Shown piece after piece: positions 8,644 to 17,163 of a stretch of 64,000 bases of DNA (position 1 is the first letter of the stretch; each line of letters opens with the position of its first letter). Source of the DNA: a virus (Duplodnaviria; Caudoviricetes); the IMG/VR virus record IMGVR_UViG_3300021082_000020, positions 1-64,000 of that record. One strand, written 5' to 3'. The position numbers and the translations under genes were made by a program. The notes below the pieces were generated by a model that searched no databases, was not told where the DNA came from, and saw only the letters and a list, made by a program, of their open reading frames with translations.

Positions 8644-11600
8644 CTAGATCCGCTTCCAGACGCCGCCATCCTTGACGAAACTGGCGATCGGCAGCGTCCA
8701 GGTGCCGCCGACCTTAACGTAGGTCGTGGTTTCCTTCCACACGCCGCCGGTCTTCACCCAGGTCTTGCCGACCGGCACGCCGACGGCAAAAACCGGCGTG
8801 ATCGGCTGGCCGGCGATCGGCACCACACCGGCCGTCAGGATTTCCTTGCGGGCAAACACATCAGTCAGCGCCAGCCCAACCAGTGGCACGGCAGCCGGAC
8901 TGATTATCTCGGTGTAGTTAATGCCGCCGGCCGAGAAGATCGGCGTGATAGTGAGGCCGCCGATCGGCAACGCGCCAGCCGTCAGCGTGTCGGTGTATTT
9001 CTTGCTGAAGACCGGCGTGACGGTCGAGCCGACGATCGGCACTGCGCTTGGCGCGATCGTGTCGGTGTATTTCTTACTGAACGCCGGCGTGACGGTCTGC
9101 CCAGTGATCGGTACCGCACTCGGCGTGAGCGTGTCGCTGCGGGCGTAGACATCAGCAGCCGCGGCGCCGACGATCGGCACGCTGCTGGGCGCAATCGTAT
9201 CGCTGCGGGCGTAAACATCGGCGACAGCTGCGCCGGCAACCGGCACGGCGGCCGCGGTGATCGTATCAGTGTAATTGATGCCGGTGGTAGCGCCCTCACC
9301 CATCCATGACTTGAAACCGGATGGAACAGGGAAAACTAACGCGGCAAGCTCAGTGCGGATTGTTACTTCTGTAGGACCGATAAAACTGTTTGCCTGTAGG
9401 GCCTGAATACTGTAGCCGCTGGAAGTGATACCGCCGCTGTTGGTTGCCGGATCGTCGGTCGAAACGCCGTTCCAGTAACCGTTATTAAGCCGCAGCCATA
9501 CTTTGTTGTTGAGTGTGTCGGTGGCAACGCAGACCGTGTCTCCATCGACAATTGCAGCTGTGCCAAGTCCGGTCGCGCCGCCAAAGGCGTAGATTGTGCC
9601 GTTCTGGTAGAGAGAAATAGCGAAGCCATAATCATTCGCAATCAATGCGGGCGGCGGCCCCCTGGAAACACCAGCCATGACACCACTGGCCTGGACACAC
9701 AGAAACTCGCCGTAATATTTCTCGTCGTCGGCAACATCATGCAGCGTCGTAGATCGGACACCATCGCCAGCGGTCAGTGTTGCCGTCTTGTCGGCATTTG
9801 ACAGCGTTACGCCTGCGGTCTTGTCGTTGACGTTCCACGCATTGGCAATACTGGTAGCAGCGCCGGCATAGACCGGATTGATCGTTGCGCCGACGATCGG
9901 CAGCGTGCTGGTAGTGATAGTGTCGGTGTAATTGATAGGACCGGCGACATAGACCGGAGTGATCGTTGCGCCGACGATCGGCAGCGCACTAGCAGTGATC
10001 GTGTCGGTATAATTGATACCGGCGGCTGGTGCCGCCGACCGGACTTCGATGATCTCGACAAACGACGGGACGTTGGCGAAGAACGGCGCGTAGCCGGTCT
10101 TGTCGACCAGTGCCGCCTCGGCCACACCGTTCTTGTAGTAAAGCGAGCCGCCCAAGGCCGGTGCAGCGCCGTAGTGGATGTCGACCGTGCCGCCGGGAGG
10201 AAATTGAGCCGAAACAGCGTAGTTCTTGGTGTTGTCCCAGTCATCCGGCAACGGCACCCAGTCGGACAGCACATAGCCGGTAACGCCATCGAACGTCAGC
10301 GTGTCGCTGCCGCCAAACATGAGACGAGCTGGCGTGCCAGCCTTGAAATCATAGGCATCGCCGGATGCCGCCGCCTGATTGATGTAGCAGACAGCCGTCT
10401 GTCCAGCGGCTGTCGTGGGATGGAAGTACAGTCCGACACGCACCTCCGAGCCGGTGCCGGCGCGCAGATTGGCGGCGAGATGCGTGGTGACGAACGTGTA
10501 GTTCTGCCAGCCAGCGTTGATGCTGGACATAGTGTACGCGCCATAAACAGCCTTGATGTTGTCGGGCAAGACAACCCAGTCGCTGTAGGCGACGGCACCG
10601 TTGCTCAGCGTGATGTTGGCAACGCCACTCCACTTTAATTGGACCGGCGTGAATGTCGTGCTGCCAAGGTATGGCGAATTAGGATCGTTGGTGCCGTTCC
10701 AGATGCCGACAGAGGCGGTGGTTATGATGACGGACGAAGCCGACGGCGCTTCCAGGCGAACGCGAACCTCGCGTGTGGCACCAGAGCCTCTGATCTGGAT
10801 CTCGTTGACGAAGGCACTGTAGCCATCGATCTTGGCGCTGCCCTCGTGTGCATGATTGTACTGAGAAACTGGCGGCCCGGTGTAGGCCACCAGCGCCCCA
10901 CTGCCGGGACCGCTGATGGTTCCCTGGCCGGTGGTCAGGCGCAGATCGGATGGCGAACCGAGGTCGGTGACGACAACAAGATGCGTGGCATCCGCCATGC
11001 TGGTGACAGGCACCACAGAGCGCATGGCGTAACCGCCCCAGCCGGCACTATCGCTGGTGGACGCGACTGAGTAGATCGTCGTTTCGGTTAACGACCCGCC
11101 ATAAACTGGCGTGATGCTCGATCCGGTGATCGGCACGCTGCCTGGCGTGATCGTATCGGTATATGCATGTGTTTCATGCAACGGTGTGATCGTTGCGCCG
11201 GCGATCGGCACGCTGCTCGGCGTGATGGTGTCGGTATAAGCGACGAACGGAACGAAGTTGGGCGTGACGATCGCGCCGGCGCTCTCGATGTAAAACACCG
11301 CATCGGCGTTGTTGCTGCCGGATGTGCCAATGATGCTCCACTCGCACATCACCCACAGGTATTCGTTGGTGAGCGTGACGGTGGCGCCGGGCGTCCACGT
11401 CACGGTCGACACGCCGGACGCCGTGGTAGTCAGCGCGGCGGTGGTGGTGCCGGCCACCGACGAACCCATAATGCCAGCTATTCCGGTCGAACCGTCAGCA
11501 GACGCAGACCTGTAAAGTCTGACCCGCATCTGCCCGGTCTGCGACGAGGCGGCAGACACCGCGCGCATGCGAAACGTGAATGTCCAATTGGTATTGGCAA

Positions 11601-11859
11601 ATACGCCGGTAAGCGGCGATTCACTACGGAAGCAACCATTTGCCGAAAACGAAGTCAGCGCATCGCCAGCAGCAAACGTGTTTGATGCACGCTTGGACCC
11701 GGCAATCATCAACGACATGTTGGTGGCGGCCAGCTTGGCCACGGTCCAGCCGGTGGTGGTGATGCCGGTCGCCGGAGCTGTGCCGCCGTCTTGCAGGCTC
11801 AGTGATGTCGATGAGCCACTCGGCGCCGCGTTCTTGAAGTAGAAGGTCTTAGTTGCCAT
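8644..11859 (-). CDS. Large repeat-containing adhesin/receptor-binding protein with SPRY-like domain (copy A only)
   Basis: 1071 aa; 11 YTDTITPxxVPIxGxxITP-type repeats; WNVNDK..VTLSN..KYYGEF..GDTVCVA..KVW segment; triple VKxGGxW C-terminus. Confidence 0.7.
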   Translation of the reverse strand: MATKTFYFKNAAPSGSSTSLSLQDGGTAPATGITTTGWTVAKLAATNMSLMIAGSKRASNTFAAGDALTSFSANGCFRSESPLTGVFANTNWTFTFRMRAVSAASSQTGQMRVRLYRSASADGSTGIAGIMGSSVAGTTTAALTTTASGVSTVTWTPGATVTLTNEYLWVMCEWSIIGTSGSNNADAVFYIESAGAIVTPNFVPFVAYTDTITPSSVPIAGATITPLHETHAYTDTITPGSVPITGSSITPVYGGSLTETTIYSVASTSDSAGWGGYAMRSVVPVTSMADATHLVVVTDLGSPSDLRLTTGQGTISGPGSGALVAYTGPPVSQYNHAHEGSAKIDGYSAFVNEIQIRGSGATREVRVRLEAPSASSVIITTASVGIWNGTNDPNSPYLGSTTFTPVQLKWSGVANITLSNGAVAYSDWVVLPDNIKAVYGAYTMSSINAGWQNYTFVTTHLAANLRAGTGSEVRVGLYFHPTTAAGQTAVCYINQAAASGDAYDFKAGTPARLMFGGSDTLTFDGVTGYVLSDWVPLPDDWDNTKNYAVSAQFPPGGTVDIHYGAAPALGGSLYYKNGVAEAALVDKTGYAPFFANVPSFVEIIEVRSAAPAAGINYTDTITASALPIVGATITPVYVAGPINYTDTITTSTLPIVGATINPVYAGAATSIANAWNVNDKTAGVTLSNADKTATLTAGDGVRSTTLHDVADDEKYYGEFLCVQASGVMAGVSRGPPPALIANDYGFAISLYQNGTIYAFGGATGLGTAAIVDGDTVCVATDTLNNKVWLRLNNGYWNGVSTDDPATNSGGITSSGYSIQALQANSFIGPTEVTIRTELAALVFPVPSGFKSWMGEGATTGINYTDTITAAAVPVAGAAVADVYARSDTIAPSSVPIVGAAAADVYARSDTLTPSAVPITGQTVTPAFSKKYTDTIAPSAVPIVGSTVTPVFSKKYTDTLTAGALPIGGLTITPIFSAGGINYTEIISPAAVPLVGLALTDVFARKEILTAGVVPIAGQPITPVFAVGVPVGKTWVKTGGVWKETTTYVKVGGTWTLPIASFVKDGGVWKRI

Positions 11860-12112
11860 CGCTCACCCACACGAAGGTGTAGGTGCAGCGTGAATACTCC
11901 TGAACATGCTCAGGGCTAGTCGGCCACACGTTGCAGCCGCCGCGGTAGTACGGATGCCCATCGTGTCCATTGCAGTGACCATGCCCCTCGATCGTGCGAT
12001 AGAGCGCGCAGTAGCCTTGCACCGGCGGCGGCCCCAGCTCGCCGTCGAACGGATCTCTGCCGCGGCAGCAGTCGCCGCACTGGCAGCACTCGCCGTTGCG
12101 GACCCAGGTCAT
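11849..12112 (-). CDS. YkgJ-like CxxCxxCC cysteine-cluster protein (copy A only)
   Basis: ECCQCGDCC...C..Y...C...CNVWP...C pattern; overlaps neighbours at both ends. Confidence 0.7.
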   Translation of the reverse strand: MTWVRNGECCQCGDCCRGRDPFDGELGPPPVQGYCALYRTIEGHGHCNGHDGHPYYRGGCNVWPTSPEHVQEYSRCTYTFVWVSDGN

Positions 12113-12345
12113 GGCGGGCGAAACCGCCCCTTCCGGGCCAGGTTCAGCAGCTCTTTAGCCAGCGCCTGCGCCTGATCCGGCGTGAAGTTGACCACCAGCG
12201 AGCCGTTGGTCCGCACTTCGGCGCCGGTAACGCCGATCTTGATGTTGTCCTTGATGCAGCCAAGCACCTGCAGCTGGAGCATGCTGACGGTGTGACCCGC
12301 CAGGATGAACGGCCGCTGCTTCAGATCGGTGACGTAGTCGACCAT
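12109..12345 (-). CDS. Hypothetical protein (copy A only)
   Basis: 78 aa tightly packed in the operon. Confidence 0.55.
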   Translation of the reverse strand: MVDYVTDLKQRPFILAGHTVSMLQLQVLGCIKDNIKIGVTGAEVRTNGSLVVNFTPDQAQALAKELLNLARKGRFRPP

Positions 12346-12346
12346 G

Positions 12347-12796
12347 TCAGTTGATGGTGAATAACGCCCCTTGCGGGATCGTATAAGTGTCGGTGATCGC
12401 CATGGTGATGCCGGAGCCGTGATTAATCCAGCCGATCACCGGATTGAGCGGCGTGGTCGGCGTGTCGTTCCACCAAATCGCATATTGGAACGTCGGAATG
12501 GCGCCGGTCGCGACCCACTGCACCGAGCCGGCCGGACCGGCGCCGGTGTGCGACACGGTGGTGACCTGACCGGAGCGGGTAAACGACATCGTCGTCGCCA
12601 TGCCAACGCCGTCGGCGGCCTGGGTGTAGCCGTTGCCGCCGGCAATCTGCGTCGGCGACACGTTCGACAGCAGAAACGACCCGGTGAGCGATGGCGCGGT
12701 ATTGGTCAACAGCAGCCGGAACTGGTCGCTGTTGAAATCATGCACTTTGTTGGCAATATCCTCACTCAAACAGTCCGGCTCGATGAAGGTGGCCAT
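12347..12796 (-). CDS. Putative virion structural protein (copy A only)
   Basis: AGGAGA RBS; DQFRLLL..GNGY..FQYAIWWND..VIGWI resembles small beta-rich phage proteins found beside fibre genes. Confidence 0.55.
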   Translation of the reverse strand: MATFIEPDCLSEDIANKVHDFNSDQFRLLLTNTAPSLTGSFLLSNVSPTQIAGGNGYTQAADGVGMATTMSFTRSGQVTTVSHTGAGPAGSVQWVATGAIPTFQYAIWWNDTPTTPLNPVIGWINHGSGITMAITDTYTIPQGALFTIN

Positions 12797-12810
12797 TTGC
12801 AGTCTCCTAG

Positions 12811-13677
12811 TTACGGGGCAACTTGATACCAAACATCGCCATCGGCGCCGCCGCTCGGCGGCGAGGTCGAAACTGTCGCCTTGGGCGCCTTGGTGTCGAC
12901 GTAGGCTTTGGTCGGCACCTGGTCGGCGTCAACGATCGCGACCGGATTGGTGAGCTTAACCTTGCCGCTACTGGCGATGCGCAGTCGCTCGATGCCGCCG
13001 GCAGATGCCCCTGTGTAGAATGACAACGCAGTAGGTAGCGAATTGGCACTTGGCGCACTATCGACTATGGCGCCAACGCCAGCACTCTGCGGCCAATCGT
13101 AGACACCATCCACCACTGGCGAAGCTTCGCCGCCAAACCCAAGCCAGCCGATCCAATCATTGAGCTGAAGCGGAACTGAACCGCCGTCGAGTGTGCCACG
13201 CGCACGGTTAAGGATGAAGTTTGCACTGGCATTTGGAGCGTTGTCGTAGCGGTCTAATTCAAACACTCCTCCTGGGCCATAAACGTAAAGCTCCATTCCA
13301 GTGATGTTGTTTACATCGAACGGAATATAGCTTTCGCTAGCGATGTACAGCGGCCCGGTCAGCGTGCCGCCGGTCAGCGGCAGATAGACGCCGGCGCCGG
13401 CTGCCGTGAAGTTCGCCGGGTTGAACCCGGCCGGGCCGTGCGCCGCGGTGCATTTGTAGATGGTGCCGGAATAGACCACATGGTCGCCGGCCGCGTAGAT
13501 GCCGCGGGCATCAAAGTAGCGCACGGCGATCAATGGCAGGGGCAGGCCAACGCTGCCGGCGTTGGCATCGCCGGCGGCAAGCTGGCGATTGGCAGTGTTG
13601 ACCGAAAGCTCGCCCGGCTCGAGCATCGGAAACGGATTGGACGGATTGGCGCTGCGCCTATGGCGGTACTGCTTCAT
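12811..13677 (-). CDS. Short tail fibre/adaptor protein (Mtd-N-like N-terminus), copy A
   Basis: N-terminus paralogous to 7342..8634; YLPLTGGTLTGPL; ends STSPPSGGADGDVWYQV. Confidence 0.75.
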   Translation of the reverse strand: MKQYRHRRSANPSNPFPMLEPGELSVNTANRQLAAGDANAGSVGLPLPLIAVRYFDARGIYAAGDHVVYSGTIYKCTAAHGPAGFNPANFTAAGAGVYLPLTGGTLTGPLYIASESYIPFDVNNITGMELYVYGPGGVFELDRYDNAPNASANFILNRARGTLDGGSVPLQLNDWIGWLGFGGEASPVVDGVYDWPQSAGVGAIVDSAPSANSLPTALSFYTGASAGGIERLRIASSGKVKLTNPVAIVDADQVPTKAYVDTKAPKATVSTSPPSGGADGDVWYQVAP

Positions 13678-13718
13678 TCATGGCTCCCTCCTCAAGTCAG
13701 AGCCTGGTAAAAGTCAGT

Positions 13719-14111
13719 CTAACGTTTGCGACTGCGCGCCGCGCTCTCGGTGAAAGTAAAATCCAGCGTGTTGCTCTTCATGCTGCCGGTGCGAACGCCG
13801 ACCGGACAGGTGGCGGCGACCGCGAATATGCTCGGTTTGACGCCGGTGGTGATTTCGGTGGAACTCCTAAACTTGGTCGGCTCGTCGTGGCCGTTGAAGA
13901 CGATCTTGGTCACTTCGGTGAAATTCTCGCCGCTGACGACCAGCTCCAGGTCACCCTCGCCGCAAACCGCGGTGTCCGGCTCGAGCAGCTCAATGGTCGG
14001 CGGCTTCGCCTCGCTGAAAACGATATTGTCGGCGGCGCCGCCGGTGATGTCGACCTTGCCGGGACCGGACACGGTCAGAACCTGGTGCTCGCCGATGTGA
14101 TGGATCGTCAT
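13719..14111 (-). CDS. IPT/TIG Ig-like domain protein
   Basis: PTIELLEP..LVVSGENF..IVFNG..SNTLDFTF; homologue at 60414..60806. Confidence 0.75.
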   Translation of the reverse strand: MTIHHIGEHQVLTVSGPGKVDITGGAADNIVFSEAKPPTIELLEPDTAVCGEGDLELVVSGENFTEVTKIVFNGHDEPTKFRSSTEITTGVKPSIFAVAATCPVGVRTGSMKSNTLDFTFTESAARSRKR

Positions 14112-14123
14112 TGGGTATCCCTT

Positions 14124-14342
14124 TCAGAATGTGCCGCCGTCGAGCTTATCCCATATCCCGTTAGTGCGAACATACGCTTCACCGTCGAGCGGCGCCTCGG
14201 CTATTCCGCCGGCACTGCTGGCGGCGAACTGCGAAGCGATGCGCTTGTTGGCGGTCGGCGCCGCGGTAGTCTGAATGGCATTGCCGATCGCCGCCGGGTC
14301 GACGTTGGGTACCCAAAGCGCAACTCGCAGATTTTGGCTCAT
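14124..14342 (-). CDS. Small protein ending in a fibritin foldon-like motif
   Basis: GIAEAPLDGEAYVRTNGIW versus T4 foldon [20 protein letters not shown]. Confidence 0.75.
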   Translation of the reverse strand: MSQNLRVALWVPNVDPAAIGNAIQTTAAPTANKRIASQFAASSAGGIAEAPLDGEAYVRTNGIWDKLDGGTF

Positions 14343-15751
14343 GGCGGTAGCACCACAGGAATATGCGGCCGGAACCAGACTGCCCAGAACCTGGAATCGG
14401 CCGGCGGCGCCACGGTCATCGCCAGGGTCGCGTCAATGCCGGTGAAATCAACGCCGGGCTCCTGCACAACACCATCCAGACTGACGATCAGCTGCGCGCT
14501 GTTGCCGATCGTGGTCGCGACCGCCGGCGGGCCGACGGTCGGATCGATGTAGCTCAGAGTGAAGATCTTGGTGGTGCCATCTGGTGTGAGCGGCTGCACT
14601 TTGAAGGCGTCGACCTTGGCGGAATTGATTTGGTCGGGCGGGATCATCAAATCCCACTGCACCACGGCGCCGGCGCCAGGCGCCTCGACCATGGTCATGC
14701 TATCGGCCGTCGGGTTGGTGGTGTAGTCGACGGTCGGCACCAGCCGCACGCCGTTCAAGTAAACGTCATGCCCCTCATTGGTAAAAAGCGGCGCGCGACC
14801 GCTGCTATCCATGCCGGAGAAGGTGACCTGGCCGGCGGTCGCGACGTAGACGTAACGCGCACGGAAACCTGGCGCGACGGTGATGCCGGGCTCCTGCCAG
14901 GAGGTGCCGTTCCAGATCATGATCGAGTTTTTTGCGGTGTCGTAGTAGAAACTGCCGACCGCTAACGGATCCGGCACGGTTTCGCCGGTGTTGGGGTTGG
15001 TTTCGCCAGGAACCGGCGGCACCGACCACGGCCCGAGGTAGTAAAAACCGATATTGCCGACCAATTGCTGGCAATAAATGGCCCACCACTTGGCCGACCA
15101 CAAACCACCGACGCCACCCATGCCGGAAACCGGCTGGTAGAACAGTCCTTGCGGAAATGCCGAGGCATTTATGAAATCCAGCGCGTGGCTGTTATCGACA
15201 ACAGGTCCGGCTAGATACTCTGCCCATTGAAGCGCCTCATCTTTGGCGGCAATGGCGTTGTCGGACTGCGCATGTGAGTAATTTGCCGAATTTTCCGAGG
15301 CAATCGCCGCGGATTCGGCCCGATCGGCGGAATTTTCCGCGTCAGAGGCGGAATCCAGCGCGTTGACGTTGCCGTGACTGATCGCGCTGAGCATTTGCGC
15401 CGCGCTGACGGCCGCCGCTTCAGCATCGGTGGCGCGCAAATCGGTCTCGCGACCGCTTTTGATGACAATCTGGATGGCGTCGGCGGCTTTTTCCGCTGCA
15501 GCGGCAATGCGGCGCTCGGTTTCGTCGATTTCGGCGCGATCGAGCTTCCATTCCGGCGTCAGTTGCTCCTGGCCGACGCTGTTATTGACCAGTTTGCCGT
15601 CGTCGCGGCGAATATCCGCAAGTGCTTGCTGGGTGGACTGGATTGCTTCGACTAGATTGTGGATCTGCGCGTCGAGCAGGTCGGCCTGGATCTGGCCGCG
15701 CGGGCGGTCGGAGAATAAAATCTTCTGCTGCGGCCGCACGATCGCTGGCAT
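14339..15751 (-). CDS. Tail fibre anchor/proximal protein, copy A
   Basis: LDAQI..IRRDDGKL.NNSV N-terminus, Ala-rich coil, then VYLNGV..DY and VSLDGV.Q..DF small beta domains. Confidence 0.7.
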   Translation of the reverse strand: MPAIVRPQQKILFSDRPRGQIQADLLDAQIHNLVEAIQSTQQALADIRRDDGKLVNNSVGQEQLTPEWKLDRAEIDETERRIAAAAEKAADAIQIVIKSGRETDLRATDAEAAAVSAAQMLSAISHGNVNALDSASDAENSADRAESAAIASENSANYSHAQSDNAIAAKDEALQWAEYLAGPVVDNSHALDFINASAFPQGLFYQPVSGMGGVGGLWSAKWWAIYCQQLVGNIGFYYLGPWSVPPVPGETNPNTGETVPDPLAVGSFYYDTAKNSIMIWNGTSWQEPGITVAPGFRARYVYVATAGQVTFSGMDSSGRAPLFTNEGHDVYLNGVRLVPTVDYTTNPTADSMTMVEAPGAGAVVQWDLMIPPDQINSAKVDAFKVQPLTPDGTTKIFTLSYIDPTVGPPAVATTIGNSAQLIVSLDGVVQEPGVDFTGIDATLAMTVAPPADSRFWAVWFRPHIPVVLPP

Positions 15752-15814
15752 GGCGCGTTTTCCGTTGCGGACAGGCTGCAGTTTATCGCATTGAACCGGA
15801 AAAGGGGAAGCAAC

Positions 15815-16345
15815 ATGATCTCAGCTGAAGCACTCGCTGCGTTATCCGGCCTGGAACACGGCGCGCACTACAACACGCTGCACTCGATCGCCCGCGAATT
15901 GATCGAGGCCGGCTATGCCTGCGAGGATTGGGGCCAGCTCAACATGACCGAGGCCGGGCGGGTCTATCTGCGGCGGGGTAAATTCAACATCAGGATCACT
16001 GGCGATGAGCATGTGTCAGACATGTCGGTCACGCACATGCGGATCCCCGATGCGCCGATCGATCGCAGACCGTCGAAATTCTGGAAGAACCGCGCTGGCG
16101 ATTTCGAACAGCCGCACCGCACCCGCGGCGACTTCGATCCGACGGTCGCGCTCGACACCACCACGGTTGCAACGAGGCCGCTCGAGCTGGTGCAAGAGGC
16201 GCCGGCCGAGCCGCTGCCGGCCGCGACCGATCGCATGCAGGAGATGTTGCGCGCGGCCGGTGTGGCGTCGGGCATCACTGGCGTGTGGCCGGACGAAAGA
16301 TGGGTGCTCGAGTTCGTGAAGGCGCTAGATAATCCGGCTCCGTAG
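15815..16345 (+). CDS. Conserved hypothetical protein, opposite strand to late genes
   Basis: MISAEALAALSG...; homologue at 62521..63084; possible winged-helix N-terminus. Confidence 0.7.
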   Translation: MISAEALAALSGLEHGAHYNTLHSIARELIEAGYACEDWGQLNMTEAGRVYLRRGKFNIRITGDEHVSDMSVTHMRIPDAPIDRRPSKFWKNRAGDFEQPHRTRGDFDPTVALDTTTVATRPLELVQEAPAEPLPAATDRMQEMLRAAGVASGITGVWPDERWVLEFVKALDNPAP

Positions 16346-16359
16346 CAGCCCCAACTAAC

Positions 16360-16596
16360 AAAAAATTTGCCACGCAGCATTGCGGCTGCCGGCGCCCGAG
16401 CGACTCGGCCCCGCCGGGGGGCGGTTAGCAGTAGGTCATTGGTATTACTACGCTTTCGCCGCTTGATTGACCGCGGCGCGCGCGGCGCGCGGCCTACCAT
16501 CTATCTGTGTATCAGATGCTATCGGCCAGCTAACGTATTGATTTTATTAGCTTTCGGTTTTTCCGCCAGCACCATTGGGATGCAGTTGGGATGCTA
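16360..16596. other. Putative packaging (pac/terminus) region with IHF site
   Basis: Non-coding, conserved with 63190-63426; IHF consensus AATCAATACGTTA on minus strand at 16531-16543; GATG(C/G)TA repeats. Confidence 0.45.
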
Positions 16597-16851
16597 TTCG
16601 CCCAATTGCGCTAGCGCCGCGTCGAGCTCGGCTGCGGTCATGTCAGCGCCGCGGCGCCGCGATTGGCCGCTGTCATCAGTAAAGAATTGTAGCAACGTGC
16701 GGCCAGCTGATGCTTTCGCGGCCGCGCTAGCTGATTCATCTTTAAGCACGCTTAGCAGAGCTTCGCGGACTATTGTCCTTAGAGTGGCTTGATTGTTTGA
16801 ATCGTCGCTTGGCTTGTTGGCTTGCTCGATTAACCGCGGTTTCATTGGCAT
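16594..16851 (-). CDS. Small helical protein, terminase small subunit candidate
   Basis: ASAAAKASAGRTLL..DMTAAELD conserved at 63424..63684; abuts the putative pac region. Confidence 0.45.
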   Translation of the reverse strand: MPMKPRLIEQANKPSDDSNNQATLRTIVREALLSVLKDESASAAAKASAGRTLLQFFTDDSGQSRRRGADMTAAELDAALAQLGE

Positions 16852-17104
16852 TGCGCTTTGCTTCCCAATTGCGCCTTTGCGCTTGCATCATATTCCCACC
16901 ATGCCAGCGACAACATGGAACGCCACGCATTGCTAGCTGGCCACACGGGCGCCCGCTATGGCGCGCGATCGCCACACACCGCATGCGATTCGCATAATTG
17001 GGCTGTATCGCGTGCTTGCGCATTGCTGCTTTCCAAGCCGCGTTTCCCCATTGCGGCTTGCGCTTTAAATTATTTTTCAAATTATTTGTGTTTTGCTCTT
17101 GCAT
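16742..17104 (-). CDS. HGGxSTG-like zinc-binding protein
   Basis: RCVAIARHSGRPCGQLAMRGVPCCRWHGG, identical in 63599..63931. Confidence 0.7.
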   Translation of the reverse strand: MQEQNTNNLKNNLKRKPQWGNAAWKAAMRKHAIQPNYANRMRCVAIARHSGRPCGQLAMRGVPCCRWHGGNMMQAQRRNWEAKRNANETAVNRASQQAKRRFKQSSHSKDNSPRSSAKRA

Positions 17105-17126
17105 TATGTCCCGATCGGGATATGTT
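17099..17126 (+). promoter_or_regulatory. Sigma70-like early promoter with palindromic spacer
   Basis: TTGCAT-N16-TATGTT; palindrome TCCCGATCGGGA at 17109-17120; AT-rich upstream; identical at 63926-63953. Confidence 0.6.
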
Positions 17127-17163
17127 GCTAATCACTGAAACGAACCTAACAGGAAACGCCAAC

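Larger units (their letters stand above)
1..17128. repeat. Copy A of long diverged direct repeat (scaffold to early promoter)
   Basis: Base 1 (gcaacgcggcctgttgtcggaccgcatt) recurs at 48317; same gene order; similarity ends after ...gggatatgttgc. Confidence 0.97.

Noticed and set aside
7342-13677. Diversity-generating retroelement suggested by Mtd-like N-termini
   Set aside because: No reverse transcriptase and no TR/VR pair with adenine-specific mismatches; A/B differences are not adenine-restricted
16858-17163. N-terminal extensions in the ORF track (also 22490, 21596, 43473, 44053, 61025, 62083)
   Set aside because: They overlap other genes or promoters; downstream starts have RBSs and match the other copy or family N-termini
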